A DNA stretch of 62,848 nt from an uncultured Candidatus Saccharibacteria bacterium (GCA_964533145.1 CAZHLG010000001.1:1-62848); one strand, 5' to 3'; positions 40,954 through 50,950 are shown, counted from the first letter of the stretch. Numbers and translations are program-made. The notes: generated from the letters alone by a model not told the origin.

Positions 40954-42312
40954 TTATCCGAGAGAGGCCGTTGCGGAGGCAAGGCGGGCGAGCGTCTCGG
41001 TCTTGCCGATGATCGCGGCGATGGTGAACGGGTCCGGAGATTGTTCTCGGCCGGACAGTGCGTAGCGCACGGGGTGCAGGACGGCGCCGCGCTTTTCGAG
41101 CGTGTCGGCGTACTGCATGAGGCGATCCTTGATCATATCCATGTCCCAATCCCCTGCTTCGATGCCGGAAAGGATGTCCGCGGCTTTTTCGAGATGTGTT
41201 TTCGTATCGGACGGCGCCGTGCCTTTGAAATTGATTTTTTCCGTATCCGGATTCGGGGCCGCGAAGAACATATCGAGCTCTCCTGTCTCGCACATGTCGC
41301 GCACATCGCCGAATTTCGCGATGCGATCGACGATGAGCGGCACGAGCGTGCTGATCATTCCGTCAGAGTATCCCGGCTTTTCGCGCAGCGTCTCGGGCAG
41401 GAATTCGCGGATGCGGCGCTCCTGCTCCGCCGTGCTGAGGCGCTTGATGTGTTCCTTGTTGATCCAGTCGAGCTTCTCCACGTTGAACACGCCGGGGCTT
41501 TTCTGCACGCGGTCGAGGTCGAAGACGCCGGTGAGTTCGGCGAGCGAAAAAAGCTCCTGGTCGGTGCCCGGATTCCAGCCGATGAGCGCCATGAAGTTGA
41601 TGAGCGCTTCAGGCAGATATCCCTTTTCGCGGTAATGCCGCACCGAGACGCTTTCGCCGTGCTTGCGCTTGGAGAGTTTCTGTTTGTCGGGCGCGAGGAT
41701 GAGCGGGATATGGGCGAACTTCGGTTCAGGCTTTCCGAGCGCGCGGTAGAGCAGGATCTGGCGCGGGGTGTTGGACACGTGGTCCTGGCCGCGGATCACA
41801 TGCGTGATGCCGGCTTCGATGTCGTCCACCACGACGGCGAAGTTGTACAGCGGCGTGTCCATGTCCTTGGCGATGATGAAGTCGCCGAGGTCGGTCGTGT
41901 CGACGGATATCTCGCCGAGGATGAGGTCGGTGAAGGTCACGACGCCGTTCGGATTCTTGAATCGGATGACTTCGCGCATCTCGCCGGGATTCTCCTTCGA
42001 CTCCTCTTTCGATGCGTAGGCCTTGCCGGAAGCGATGAGCTCCTGCAGGAAACCGCGGTGGTTGTCGAGGTGCTCGCTCTGGCGGAAAAAGGCGTCGTGC
42101 GTGATGCCGAGCCATTCGAGCGAAGCCAAGATGTCGTCCTCGTATTCTTTTTTGGAGCGGATCTTGTCCGTGTCTTCGATGCGCAGCAGGTAGCTGCCGC
42201 CGTGGCGCTTGGCGTACAGGTAGTTAAACAGCGCCGTGCGGAGCGTGCCCATGTGGAAAAAGCCCGTCGGCGACGGAGCGATGCGCACGATGATGCCGCT
42301 TGAATCTGCCAT
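40954..42312 (-). CDS. gltX: Glutamate--tRNA ligase
   Basis: Motifs RIAPSPTGFFHMGTLRTALFNYLYA and KLSKR. Confidence 0.95.
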   Translation of the reverse strand: MADSSGIIVRIAPSPTGFFHMGTLRTALFNYLYAKRHGGSYLLRIEDTDKIRSKKEYEDDILASLEWLGITHDAFFRQSEHLDNHRGFLQELIASGKAYASKEESKENPGEMREVIRFKNPNGVVTFTDLILGEISVDTTDLGDFIIAKDMDTPLYNFAVVVDDIEAGITHVIRGQDHVSNTPRQILLYRALGKPEPKFAHIPLILAPDKQKLSKRKHGESVSVRHYREKGYLPEALINFMALIGWNPGTDQELFSLAELTGVFDLDRVQKSPGVFNVEKLDWINKEHIKRLSTAEQERRIREFLPETLREKPGYSDGMISTLVPLIVDRIAKFGDVRDMCETGELDMFFAAPNPDTEKINFKGTAPSDTKTHLEKAADILSGIEAGDWDMDMIKDRLMQYADTLEKRGAVLHPVRYALSGREQSPDPFTIAAIIGKTETLARLASATASLG

Positions 42313-42318
42313 GTGCTT

Positions 42319-42324
42319 ATCCTA
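42319..42324 (-). promoter_or_regulatory. Extended -10 TGcTAGGAT (minus strand), 6 nt before the gltX ATG at 42312
   Basis: Reverse complement reads tttgcTAGGATaagcacATG. Confidence 0.45.
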
Positions 42325-42344
42325 GCAAATCAAGGCTTTTTCGG

Positions 42345-43475
42345 CTACTTTTCATGAGAAAGCGCCATGTCGACGATGAGCCGGGCGATCTTATGCGCGG
42401 CATCGGGCGTGGCGAAGGCTTTGGCCGCGTGCGACATGTTTTTCCAACGCGTTTCGTCGCCGAGAATGCGCTTTGTCTCTGAAAGGATGATCGGCGTGGA
42501 AAGATTGCCCTGCTCGATCACGACGGCGCCGCCATGGCGTGCGTATGCGAAAGCGTTGCTCTTCTGGTCGCGGCTCACCTCTTCCGGGATCGGAATGATG
42601 ATGCTCGGCAGGCCCCAGGCCGCGATCTCGAAGATCGACGAGCCTGCCCGCGAGATCACGAGCGAGGCAGCGCCCGCGCTCATTTTGAGGGCAAGTGGAT
42701 TGAGGAACGCCATCGGGCGGTAGCGGTCTTTGATCTCGGGCGCATTCGAAAGAAGGAACGCGGCTTCGGCCTGCACTTCGGAAAAATTCCGCACGCCGGT
42801 CTGATGGATCACCTGATACGATTTCAGCAGTTCGGGCAGCGCCGTCACAATGGCTGTATTGATGGCCTCCGCGCCGAGCGATCCGCCGAGCACGAGAATG
42901 GTCGGCACGGTCGGGTCGAGTTTGAGGTATTCGAACGCACCCTCGGCTTTTTTCTCAAGGATGTCTTTGCGGATCGGCTGGCCGGTCAGGGCGACGCGGT
43001 CTTTCGGAAAACGTTCGCCCGCTTCGGCGTATGAGACCGCTATGCGCTTGGCGAACTTGCCTGCCCAGACGTTCACGCGGCCGGGCACGGAATCTGAGTC
43101 ATGGACGACAACGGGAATGCCGAGCACTCGCGCGGCGAGCAGCACCGGGAAGCTGGCATAGCCGCCCTTGCCGAATACGACGTCCGGATACAGGAAAAAG
43201 AGCGAAACGAGCGCCTGCAGGAAGCCGATCCCCGTCTTGAAGAGATCGATGAAATTCTGCACGGACGCGTACAATCTGCGCTTGCCGGCTGCCACCTGGC
43301 GGAATTCGAGGCCTGTCTCGAACAGCGCTGCTTTGTCGTATGGCGCGTCGGAGTAGTAGTACAGGTCGGCGCGGAGGATTTTTTCCTGGTCGGCGATCTC
43401 CCGAACGCTTTCGGCGACGGCGATGATCGGATAAAAGTGCCCGCCTGTGCCTCCGCCCGTGAATACGATTCGCAT
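42345..43475 (-). CDS. murG: Undecaprenyldiphospho-muramoylpentapeptide beta-N-acetylglucosaminyltransferase
   Basis: Sequence MRIVFTGGGTGGHFYPIIAV and GT28 C-terminal motifs. The start is moved to ATG 43475. Confidence 0.92.
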   Translation of the reverse strand: MRIVFTGGGTGGHFYPIIAVAESVREIADQEKILRADLYYYSDAPYDKAALFETGLEFRQVAAGKRRLYASVQNFIDLFKTGIGFLQALVSLFFLYPDVVFGKGGYASFPVLLAARVLGIPVVVHDSDSVPGRVNVWAGKFAKRIAVSYAEAGERFPKDRVALTGQPIRKDILEKKAEGAFEYLKLDPTVPTILVLGGSLGAEAINTAIVTALPELLKSYQVIHQTGVRNFSEVQAEAAFLLSNAPEIKDRYRPMAFLNPLALKMSAGAASLVISRAGSSIFEIAAWGLPSIIIPIPEEVSRDQKSNAFAYARHGGAVVIEQGNLSTPIILSETKRILGDETRWKNMSHAAKAFATPDAAHKIARLIVDMALSHEK

Positions 43476-43488
43476 AAAAGTGAGTGTG

Positions 43489-44598
43489 TTAGGCTGTCTT
43501 GCGCTCGCGCGAGATGCCGAGAATAATGCCTGCCGCCGCAAGCGAGATGGCAAGCGAGGTTCCGCCCTGGCTCATGAAGACCAGCGGCACGCCCGTGAGC
43601 GGAAAGAGTCCGGTGATCGAGGCGATGTTCATGAATACCTGGAACGTCATCAGTATAACAAGCCCTGCCGCGAAGAGTCCACTGAAGGCGTCCGGCGCCC
43701 GCTGGGAGATCCACAGGCCGCGCATGGCGAAGAGCATGTAGAGCACCACGATCACGACGGAGCCGATGAAGCCGAATTCTTCGCCGATGACGGCGAAGAT
43801 CGAGTCGCCTTGCGGTTCGGGCAGGTAGCTGAATTTTTGAATGCTTTGGCCGAAACCGCGGCCGTTCAGTTTGCCTGAGCCGATGGCGATGAGGCCTTGC
43901 TGAAGCTGATACGAAGATCCGGTCGGGTCATGCGACGGATTGAGGAACGTCGCCATGCGATCGCGCAGATACGGCACGCTGAACGCGGCGACAAGAAAGA
44001 GCGTCACCGCGACCGCGCCGAGGCCGATGAGCTGCTTGAGCGGCGTACCCGAAAGGAAGAGCATGCCGATGCCTGTGACCGTCATGAGGATCAGGCTTTT
44101 CATGTCGGGCTGGAACGCAAGGACGCTTGCGATCAGGCCGAGCACGACCAGAAGCGGCAGAATGCTGTAGAGCGGGCTTTTGACCTTCTTTTTTGCCCAC
44201 GAAAGCCAGGCGGCCAGATACATGACAAAGGCGACTTTCAGGAATTCGACCGGCTGGAACGATACGCCGAATATGGATATCCAGCGCCGGGCGCCGCCGT
44301 GCGAGAAGCCGACATGCGGAATGAACACGCAGGCCGTGATGATCAGCGCGAGGATCAGGAACGTGCTCGCATGTTTGCGCCACCACAGGTGCGGTACTTT
44401 GATCGCCAGGAAAAGTCCGAGCGAACCGACGCCGAGCCCGAGCCCGAGCTGCGAGAGCAGTATCTGGTAGAACTGCGCTTCGTTTTTCGCAAGCACGCCG
44501 AGCGATGCCGAAAAGAAAGCGAACAAGCCAAGGACGGTCAGCGCGCCGGTCAGCGCCAGAAAGACGTAGTCGATCGGTTTCGCTTCCCCTTTCTTCAT
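43489..44598 (-). CDS. ftsW: SEDS family glycosyltransferase FtsW/RodA
   Basis: 10-TM SEDS pattern (..PEPQGDSIFAVIGEEFGF.., PLTGVPLVFMSQGGTS). Start is ATG 44598 (MKKGEAKP). Confidence 0.9.
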   Translation of the reverse strand: MKKGEAKPIDYVFLALTGALTVLGLFAFFSASLGVLAKNEAQFYQILLSQLGLGLGVGSLGLFLAIKVPHLWWRKHASTFLILALIITACVFIPHVGFSHGGARRWISIFGVSFQPVEFLKVAFVMYLAAWLSWAKKKVKSPLYSILPLLVVLGLIASVLAFQPDMKSLILMTVTGIGMLFLSGTPLKQLIGLGAVAVTLFLVAAFSVPYLRDRMATFLNPSHDPTGSSYQLQQGLIAIGSGKLNGRGFGQSIQKFSYLPEPQGDSIFAVIGEEFGFIGSVVIVVLYMLFAMRGLWISQRAPDAFSGLFAAGLVILMTFQVFMNIASITGLFPLTGVPLVFMSQGGTSLAISLAAAGIILGISRERKTA

Positions 44599-45677
44599 GA
44601 TATGAGCGCGAGCACGATGCCGAAAGCCGCACACATGGCCGAGAAGACCCAATAGCGCATCGTTACCTTGGATGCCGGCCAGCCTTTGGCGAGGAAATGG
44701 TTGTGAAGCGGCGCGACGAGAAAGACTTTTTTCCCATTGCGGAACCGCTTGGACAGGAGCTGGATGATGACACTGCTTGTCGTGAGCACGAGCGGCAGCG
44801 CGATGACGAGCAGCATGAGCGGCTGTCCTGCGAGGAACGCCACGACGGTCAGTGCCGTGGTCAGACCCATGGTGCCGGTCTCGGACAAGAAGAACCGAGC
44901 CGGCGGGATGTTGAACCACAGGAACACAAGCAGCGATCCCGCGACCACCATGCAGAACGCCGCAAGGTCGACTTGGTTTTGCGAGTATGCGATGACGGCG
45001 TACGCTGAATACATCAGTGTGAAGACGCCGCCGGAGAGTCCGTCGACTCCGTCGATCACGCCGCCTGAATAGAGCGCCAGCATCGTGACCGCAAAGAACG
45101 GCACGAAAAGCCAGCCGAGCTGGAGCACGCCGTCGAACGGGATGTGGATCGAGGAGTTCTCAAGCTTGAAGTAGAACCAAAGGCCTCCTGCGATGCCAAG
45201 AACGAATACCAGCATGATGCGTTTGGTGAGCGACAGGCCGCCGCCTTTTGCGCCGCCGCCGCCGGACACGACGAGCATGTCGTCCGCAAGTCCGATGAGC
45301 GAGGCTGCGACCAGCGTAAAGAGCGGCAGCCATGTCTGGTTGCGCGAAAGGAACGAGAGTTTGATCGTGGCGTGCACGGGAAGAACGTCGGCGAGGAACG
45401 CCATGAGCCCGGTCGTGATGAGCACGCTTGCCCAGACGATCACGCCGCCCATGCGCGGCGTCTTGCGCGCCTCGTCGTTGTGGAGCTTGTTCGAGATCGT
45501 CGCTTCCCTGCCGTCAGTGGTCGTCGTCACTGATGCTTTTTTCCAGAGACGCCATTTGTATAGATAGTGCGCGACGATCGGCGTGATGCACATGCCGACG
45601 GCGAACGCCGCGATCGCCGGAAGCAGGACTTTTGCCGCGTCGGTCACGGTCGCATGGAGGCTGAGGAATTCGTTCAT
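44595..45677 (-). CDS. mraY: Phospho-N-acetylmuramoyl-pentapeptide transferase
   Basis: Motifs KTPRMGGV, GLADD, GVIDGVDGLSGG, PLHNHF. It overlaps ftsW by 4 nt (ATGA). Confidence 0.95.
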   Translation of the reverse strand: MNEFLSLHATVTDAAKVLLPAIAAFAVGMCITPIVAHYLYKWRLWKKASVTTTTDGREATISNKLHNDEARKTPRMGGVIVWASVLITTGLMAFLADVLPVHATIKLSFLSRNQTWLPLFTLVAASLIGLADDMLVVSGGGGAKGGGLSLTKRIMLVFVLGIAGGLWFYFKLENSSIHIPFDGVLQLGWLFVPFFAVTMLALYSGGVIDGVDGLSGGVFTLMYSAYAVIAYSQNQVDLAAFCMVVAGSLLVFLWFNIPPARFFLSETGTMGLTTALTVVAFLAGQPLMLLVIALPLVLTTSSVIIQLLSKRFRNGKKVFLVAPLHNHFLAKGWPASKVTMRYWVFSAMCAAFGIVLALIS

Positions 45678-46984
45678 AATGCTTTGTGCTGCCGCGCCAG
45701 TTCGCGGACGATGGCGCGTTCGTTCCAGGGAATCGGACCCGTGGCCGTCATCATCGTCTCCTCGGCGCCTTTGCCTGATATGATCACTATATCACCTTTT
45801 TGGCCGAGTGAGAGGGCTTTGTTGATCGCTTCGCGGCGATCGAGGATGGCGAAGAGAGTGCTCCCGCGCACTTTGCCTTCCGTCTCGGCTGCGCGGGCGA
45901 GTTCTTCAAGCAGCCGCGACGGGTCTTCTTTGTACGGATCTTCGTTTGTCAGTACGAGTATGTCCGCGCGTTCTGCGGCGACCCGGACGAGCGGGACACG
46001 GGAATCGCGCCCGCCGCCGATGACGCCGGTGAGCAGGATGATCCTGCCGGCGGGCGCCTTCATGCGTGCTGCGGCATCGAGGACGGCGGCCATGCCTGCC
46101 GGTTCGTGCGCGTAATCGACGAGCACTGTCGCATCCTGGCCTTCGTCGATTCGCTCCATGCGTCCGGGTATCACGGAGAGTGATGAGAGACCCTCTTGTA
46201 TCCGGGCTTCAGGTATTGCGAGCATGCGTCCGATAGCTATGGCCGGCAGTGCATTATAGACATTGAACGATCCCGGAATCGAAAGCCGATAGCCAGTCCC
46301 GTCGACGGCAAACGCCGTACTCTCGTTTTCGCTGACGATGCCTGACGCGCGCATATCGCCGTGATCGACGCCGAACGTGGCCTTTCGCGTCGCCGGAAAC
46401 GAAAGATAGTACGCCGCATGTTCGCTGTCGGCGTTGGCCAGGATCGTCGTCGGGATCTCCGTGCCGCGCAGCGCGCGCGCCGCATGATCGAGTGCGTCGC
46501 GGAAGAGCGGGCTCTTGGCTTTTTTGTACACTTCGAAATCGTTTTTGTGCGAGCGCAGGTGTTCCGGCGTGAGATTGGTGAAAACTGCGATGTCGACGGG
46601 GATACCCGTGTGGCGGAAATACTTCATGCCCTCGCTCGTCATTTCGATGACTGCGATCTCGATGTTCTTCTTGCGCATCATGCGCAGCCGCTTCTGTATG
46701 AAAAAAGAATCAGGCATCGTCATTTTGCGCGTGTTCGGCTCTTCCGTGCGGCCGATGCGGAAGTTGGCGCTTGAAAGCAGGCCGGCGGCGTAGCCGCCGG
46801 CCGTAAGCACGCTCCAGATATAGTTCCCCGTCGACGTCTTGCCTTTCGTGCCGGTGATGCCCACCACGATCATGCGTCGCGCCGGGAACCCGTACAGCAC
46901 GGCCGCGGCAAACGACCGCACCCGATGATAGGCGCGCATGGCAAAGGCCGGGGTTATTTTTCTGAGAAAATCCATCATATGCAT
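45674..46984 (-). CDS. Mur ligase family protein, MurE-like, with a very short N-terminal domain
   Basis: Motifs GITGTKGKTST, DYAHEP and GGGRDSR..TNEDPYKEDP. Only about 40 aa precede the P-loop. Confidence 0.8.
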   Translation of the reverse strand: MHMMDFLRKITPAFAMRAYHRVRSFAAAVLYGFPARRMIVVGITGTKGKTSTGNYIWSVLTAGGYAAGLLSSANFRIGRTEEPNTRKMTMPDSFFIQKRLRMMRKKNIEIAVIEMTSEGMKYFRHTGIPVDIAVFTNLTPEHLRSHKNDFEVYKKAKSPLFRDALDHAARALRGTEIPTTILANADSEHAAYYLSFPATRKATFGVDHGDMRASGIVSENESTAFAVDGTGYRLSIPGSFNVYNALPAIAIGRMLAIPEARIQEGLSSLSVIPGRMERIDEGQDATVLVDYAHEPAGMAAVLDAAARMKAPAGRIILLTGVIGGGRDSRVPLVRVAAERADILVLTNEDPYKEDPSRLLEELARAAETEGKVRGSTLFAILDRREAINKALSLGQKGDIVIISGKGAEETMMTATGPIPWNERAIVRELARQHKAL

Positions 46985-47916
46985 TCGTCCGGAAGCGCAC
47001 CGGCAGCGGCGAGATACGCGGTCGCTGCATCATGGAGCGCGATCATGTCTGCGAACCGTCCGCTTTCCGTGGAGCCGAGTACGGCTGCACCGAGCACTTT
47101 GCCTGTCGGCGTTTTCCAAAGCACGGCAAGGTTGCCGCCTGCGACGTCAGTATAGCCTGTTTTCGATGCGATCAGAAGCGGTAGTCGGTCGATCGCCTTG
47201 TCGGTGTTCTCGAGTTTTGTCGTTGCGCCCGCGGTGTCGGTCATTACGACGCGCCGCTGCGTGCTGAATGCCATGATGTCGGGAAAATCCGCCGCATCTC
47301 GCGCCAAAAGCGATACGATGTCCCGCGCGCTGCCCCAGGCTGTGGCGATCGTATCATTGCCGGTATCAAGACCGGAGACGCTTTCGTATCGCAGCGTGGA
47401 AAGACCAAGCGTCCGAGCCTCGGCGTTCATCGCAGCGATGAAATCTTCCCGCTGCAATCCGGAGCTGCTTGCAAGCATGCTGGCCCCGTTGTTCGAAGAT
47501 GCGACAAGGACGGCTTTTGTGATCTCGCCGATGCGGTATGTCTGGCCGGCGGCGTAACCGATCGGAGGGTCAAGCAATAGATCTTCGGACTGCACGGTAT
47601 AGAATTCGTTCGGAGCCGAATGCTGCAGGGCGATGCGGAGCGTCATGAGCTTGGTCAGCGATGCGAGCGGCAGCGCCGTGCGGGCATCTCGCGCGGCAAG
47701 CATCTCTCCGGATGCGACGTCCTGGACAACGAATGCCTTGGCGGCGATCGTTCCGTACCGTTTTTCGAATGTCGCTGCCCTGATCGAGGCGCGAGCATCC
47801 GAACAAATGGATGCGATGTCTGTCTTGAGATGCGCGTGCGTGTTGGCGATCGAGAGGATCGAAACCGCGGCAAGCAGCGCAAGCAAGAGGCTAAGCTGTG
47901 CGTTCCGAGCCTGCAT
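46975..47916 (-). CDS. D-alanyl-D-alanine carboxypeptidase (S11, PBP5-like)
   Basis: Motifs SLTK, SSNN and KTG(Y)T. Start is ATG 47916 (MQARNAQLSLLL). Confidence 0.88.
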   Translation of the reverse strand: MQARNAQLSLLLALLAAVSILSIANTHAHLKTDIASICSDARASIRAATFEKRYGTIAAKAFVVQDVASGEMLAARDARTALPLASLTKLMTLRIALQHSAPNEFYTVQSEDLLLDPPIGYAAGQTYRIGEITKAVLVASSNNGASMLASSSGLQREDFIAAMNAEARTLGLSTLRYESVSGLDTGNDTIATAWGSARDIVSLLARDAADFPDIMAFSTQRRVVMTDTAGATTKLENTDKAIDRLPLLIASKTGYTDVAGGNLAVLWKTPTGKVLGAAVLGSTESGRFADMIALHDAATAYLAAAGALPDECI

Positions 47917-48463
47917 CTGCCGTTTCTTCCGATAATTCCGCCCCGATCCCCGCCTTTTCGATCTCCGCATGGATGCGGGCGTACTCAGGCAGCGCCTCGG
48001 CATTCTCCGCGCCGAGTGAAGCCAATAATGCTACGGTGGGCACATACATGAATTTTTTTCGGTCGCGCGGGTACGGTATCCGTTCGATCAAGCCGCGGAC
48101 CATCAGGGCGCGGAGGATGAATCCGGAATTCACGCCGCGGATATAATCGATCTTGCCGCGCGTCACCTCGCTGCCGTACATGATGATCGAAAGCGTTTCG
48201 ACGGATGCCTTGGAGAGGCCCTTGCTGAGCTCCTCTTTGTAGAGCTGTTCGAGCACGGCGCTTGCCGCAGGGTGCGTGCCGAGCGTATAGCCGTCACCCG
48301 CGCGTACGAGTACGATGCCGCGGCCGGCGAGTGCCGCTTCGAGTTCTTCGAGCGCTGCGGCCGTTTCGGCGCCGCCGAGCCCCGCCGTTTTGGCGAGCTC
48401 GACAAGCGTCCATGGCTCGGCGCGGGAGAACAGCAGTGCTTCGATGAGTGCGGACGGTTGCAT
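47891..48463 (-). CDS. scpB: Segregation and condensation protein B
   Basis: Motifs IEALLFSRAEPWT and LSKASVETLSIIMY..VTRGKIDYIRGV. Confidence 0.9.
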   Translation of the reverse strand: MQPSALIEALLFSRAEPWTLVELAKTAGLGGAETAAALEELEAALAGRGIVLVRAGDGYTLGTHPAASAVLEQLYKEELSKGLSKASVETLSIIMYGSEVTRGKIDYIRGVNSGFILRALMVRGLIERIPYPRDRKKFMYVPTVALLASLGAENAEALPEYARIHAEIEKAGIGAELSEETADAGSERTA

Positions 48464-48468
48464 ATAGG

Positions 48469-49221
48469 TTAGCCTAGCACATCCTGCTCGACAGTCGAAA
48501 GCTCGATGTCTTCGAAATCAGCGCCTTGGATGGCGTCGAGCATTCCTTGGCGGACAAGTTCAAGCATCGCAAGGAACGAAACGATGACATTGTTTTTGAT
48601 CGTGTCGCGGTCGGCGCCGACGACGCTTTTCTGCCAGTCGCGGAACGACACTCGTGCCGCCGTGGCGATGCGCTCAGTCAGGCTCGTGAGCATCTCGTCG
48701 ATGCTGATCACCTTGCGCACGCGCACTTCCGGCAGCGCTTCCTCTTTAGGAATGCGTCCGAGGCAGTCGAGCGCGGCCGCTGCGAGCGAATCTTGCGTCA
48801 GTTTCGGGTCAGGCGCGAAGACCGAGGAAAAAAGTTCCCGTTCTCGCGGCAAGCGTATGACGGTAGCGCCGTACCGGACTGAGATTTCCGCGCCGATCTC
48901 TCTGATCACGGCATAGAGCGCGAGCCGGCTCTCGAGGTCGACGATGTCCTTTTCTTCTTCTTTCGTCACCAAAAAGCCCGGCAGAAGCGAGCGGCTTTTG
49001 ATCAGGATGAGTGTCGCTGCGACCGAAAGGAACGACGTCGCTTCTGCGAGGTCGCCGGTGCGCCCGCGCATCGCGCGCAGGTATTCGTCGGTGACAGCGG
49101 CAAGCGCGATTTCGTTGATGAACAGCTTCCGGCTTTCCACCAGATTGAGCAGGAGTTCAAGCGGGCCTTCGAACGAGCCCGCACGGACCGTATAGGAGGT
49201 CTCCGAGACAGCGGCATCCAT
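48469..49221 (-). CDS. scpA: Segregation and condensation protein A
   Basis: Motifs FEGPLELLLNLVESRKL.INEI and FLAMLELV. Confidence 0.9.
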   Translation of the reverse strand: MDAAVSETSYTVRAGSFEGPLELLLNLVESRKLFINEIALAAVTDEYLRAMRGRTGDLAEATSFLSVAATLILIKSRSLLPGFLVTKEEEKDIVDLESRLALYAVIREIGAEISVRYGATVIRLPRERELFSSVFAPDPKLTQDSLAAAALDCLGRIPKEEALPEVRVRKVISIDEMLTSLTERIATAARVSFRDWQKSVVGADRDTIKNNVIVSFLAMLELVRQGMLDAIQGADFEDIELSTVEQDVLG

Positions 49222-49227
49222 GCACGC

Positions 49228-49233
49228 ATAGTA
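49228..49233 (-). promoter_or_regulatory. -10 box TACTAT (minus strand), 6 nt before the scpA ATG at 49221
   Basis: Reverse complement reads gggTACTATgcgtgcATG. Confidence 0.4.
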
Positions 49234-49264
49234 CCCTATTTCGGCGATTTTGCGTACCCGCGGA

Positions 49265-50659
49265 TTATTTTCGAAGCTGAATGCCGAGTTCCTTGAGCTG
49301 TTTCTCGGGCACTTCGGACGGCGCGCCCATCATGAGGTCGCGGCCTTCGCCTGTTTTCGGGAATGCGATGACTTCGCGGATGTTCGGCTCATTCTCGAGC
49401 AGCATGACGATGCGGTCGATGCCGGGCGCGAAGCCGCCATGCGGCGGAGCGCCGTACTTGAAGGCTTCGAGCATGTGGCCGAATTTGCGCTGCTGCGTGG
49501 CTTCGTCGATGCCGAGCAGGTCGAAGACCCGCTTCTGTTCGGCGGAATCGTGGATGCGGATCGATCCGGACGAGAGTTCGTAGCCGTTGAGCACCAGATC
49601 GTACGAGCTCGCGCGGATGCTCATGATGTCTTCGCCGTTCATGAATTTTTCCCGGTCTTCGTCTTTGACGGCGCAGAACGGATGGTGCGCGGCCTGCAGT
49701 TCTCCGTCATCCGTCTTCTCGAACATCGGAAAGTCGAGCACCCAGGCGAACGCCAGTTCGTTCGGGTCCTCCTTGTTTTCCCGCAGGTCAGGCTTGTCGC
49801 TGCCGTACTTTTCCATCGATTCGGCGTACGTCAGGCGCGGGAACGGCCGCTGCGAGATCTTCTTGCCGGGATACAGCGTCTCCACGAGCTTGATGAACAT
49901 CGCTTCCGTGTAGCGCAGGATGTCCTCCTGGTTCACGAATGACATCTCGAAATCGAGCTGCGTGAATTCCGGCTGACGGTCGCCGCGCGTGTCTTCGTCG
50001 CGCATGCAGCGTGCGATCTGGAAATAGCGCTCGAAGCCCGCGACCATCGAGAGCTGCTTGAACTGCTGCGGCGATTGCGGCAGGGCGTAGAAATTGCCGT
50101 GCCAGAGGCGCGACGGCACAAGATACTCGCGGCTGCCTTCCGGCGTGCCTTTCATGAGGATCGGCGTCTCGATCTCGATGAAATCGTTCGCATGCATGTA
50201 GTCGCGGAAAAACGAGATGATCTTGTCGCGGTTGCGGATGTTCTTCTGCATGCGCTCCGTGCGCAGGTCGAGATAGCGGTATTTCATGCGCGTATCCTCG
50301 TTCACATGCATGGTGTCGCCGGAGAGCTCGAACGGCGGCGTGTCTGCCTTGTTGAGCACCTCGATGGCCGTAACCTCGAGCTCGACATCGCCGCTCGGGA
50401 TGTTCGGATTGACGTTCTTTTCAGGGCGCTTGTTCACGATGCCTTCGACGCGCACGACCCACTCGGGACGCATCTCCTTGGCGACCGCGATTGCTTCCGC
50501 GTGGTTCGGCAAGACGACGCACTGCACGAAACCCTTCATGTCGCGCAAGTCGAAAAAGACCATTTTGCCCTGGTCTCGGCGCACATGGACCCATCCGGCA
50601 AGGACGATTGACTCGCCCACTTTGGCCGAAAGTTCGTTCGTGTAGATTCTGCCTGTCAT
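49265..50659 (-). CDS. aspS: Aspartate--tRNA ligase, bacterial-type core without the GAD insertion (464 aa)
   Basis: OB-fold N-terminus, then RDEDTRGDRQPEFTQLDFEMSF, GSDKPDLR directly followed by FAWVLDFPMFE, and GGFAPGIDRIVMLL. Confidence 0.9.
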   Translation of the reverse strand: MTGRIYTNELSAKVGESIVLAGWVHVRRDQGKMVFFDLRDMKGFVQCVVLPNHAEAIAVAKEMRPEWVVRVEGIVNKRPEKNVNPNIPSGDVELEVTAIEVLNKADTPPFELSGDTMHVNEDTRMKYRYLDLRTERMQKNIRNRDKIISFFRDYMHANDFIEIETPILMKGTPEGSREYLVPSRLWHGNFYALPQSPQQFKQLSMVAGFERYFQIARCMRDEDTRGDRQPEFTQLDFEMSFVNQEDILRYTEAMFIKLVETLYPGKKISQRPFPRLTYAESMEKYGSDKPDLRENKEDPNELAFAWVLDFPMFEKTDDGELQAAHHPFCAVKDEDREKFMNGEDIMSIRASSYDLVLNGYELSSGSIRIHDSAEQKRVFDLLGIDEATQQRKFGHMLEAFKYGAPPHGGFAPGIDRIVMLLENEPNIREVIAFPKTGEGRDLMMGAPSEVPEKQLKELGIQLRK

Positions 50660-50701
50660 ATAGAAAGCACTGTACCACGTTTCGGCCTTATTTGGAAAGG
50701 C

Positions 50702-50947
50702 CTATTTGAAATTCTTGAGCGGCGGATGGAATGCCGTGCCCATGGCTTCGAGCGGCTCGGAAATGATCATCACAAGGAAAAAAAGCAGGTAGTAGAGCGG
50801 TGTGGCGATGATGAACGAAATGCGGTCCTCTTTCTCCCAGGCGAAGTAGTGCGTGCGCAGCCACTGGAACAGCGTATTGAGCGGCCAGTAGAAAATGGCC
50901 AGAATGCTCATGATCGCGATCTTGATGCCGGTGAGGATTGTCTGCAT
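50702..50947 (-). CDS. Small membrane protein (81 aa)
   Basis: Two to three hydrophobic helices. Lies between trpS and aspS. Confidence 0.55.
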   Translation of the reverse strand: MQTILTGIKIAIMSILAIFYWPLNTLFQWLRTHYFAWEKEDRISFIIATPLYYLLFFLVMIISEPLEAMGTAFHPPLKNFK

Positions 50948-50950
50948 GGT

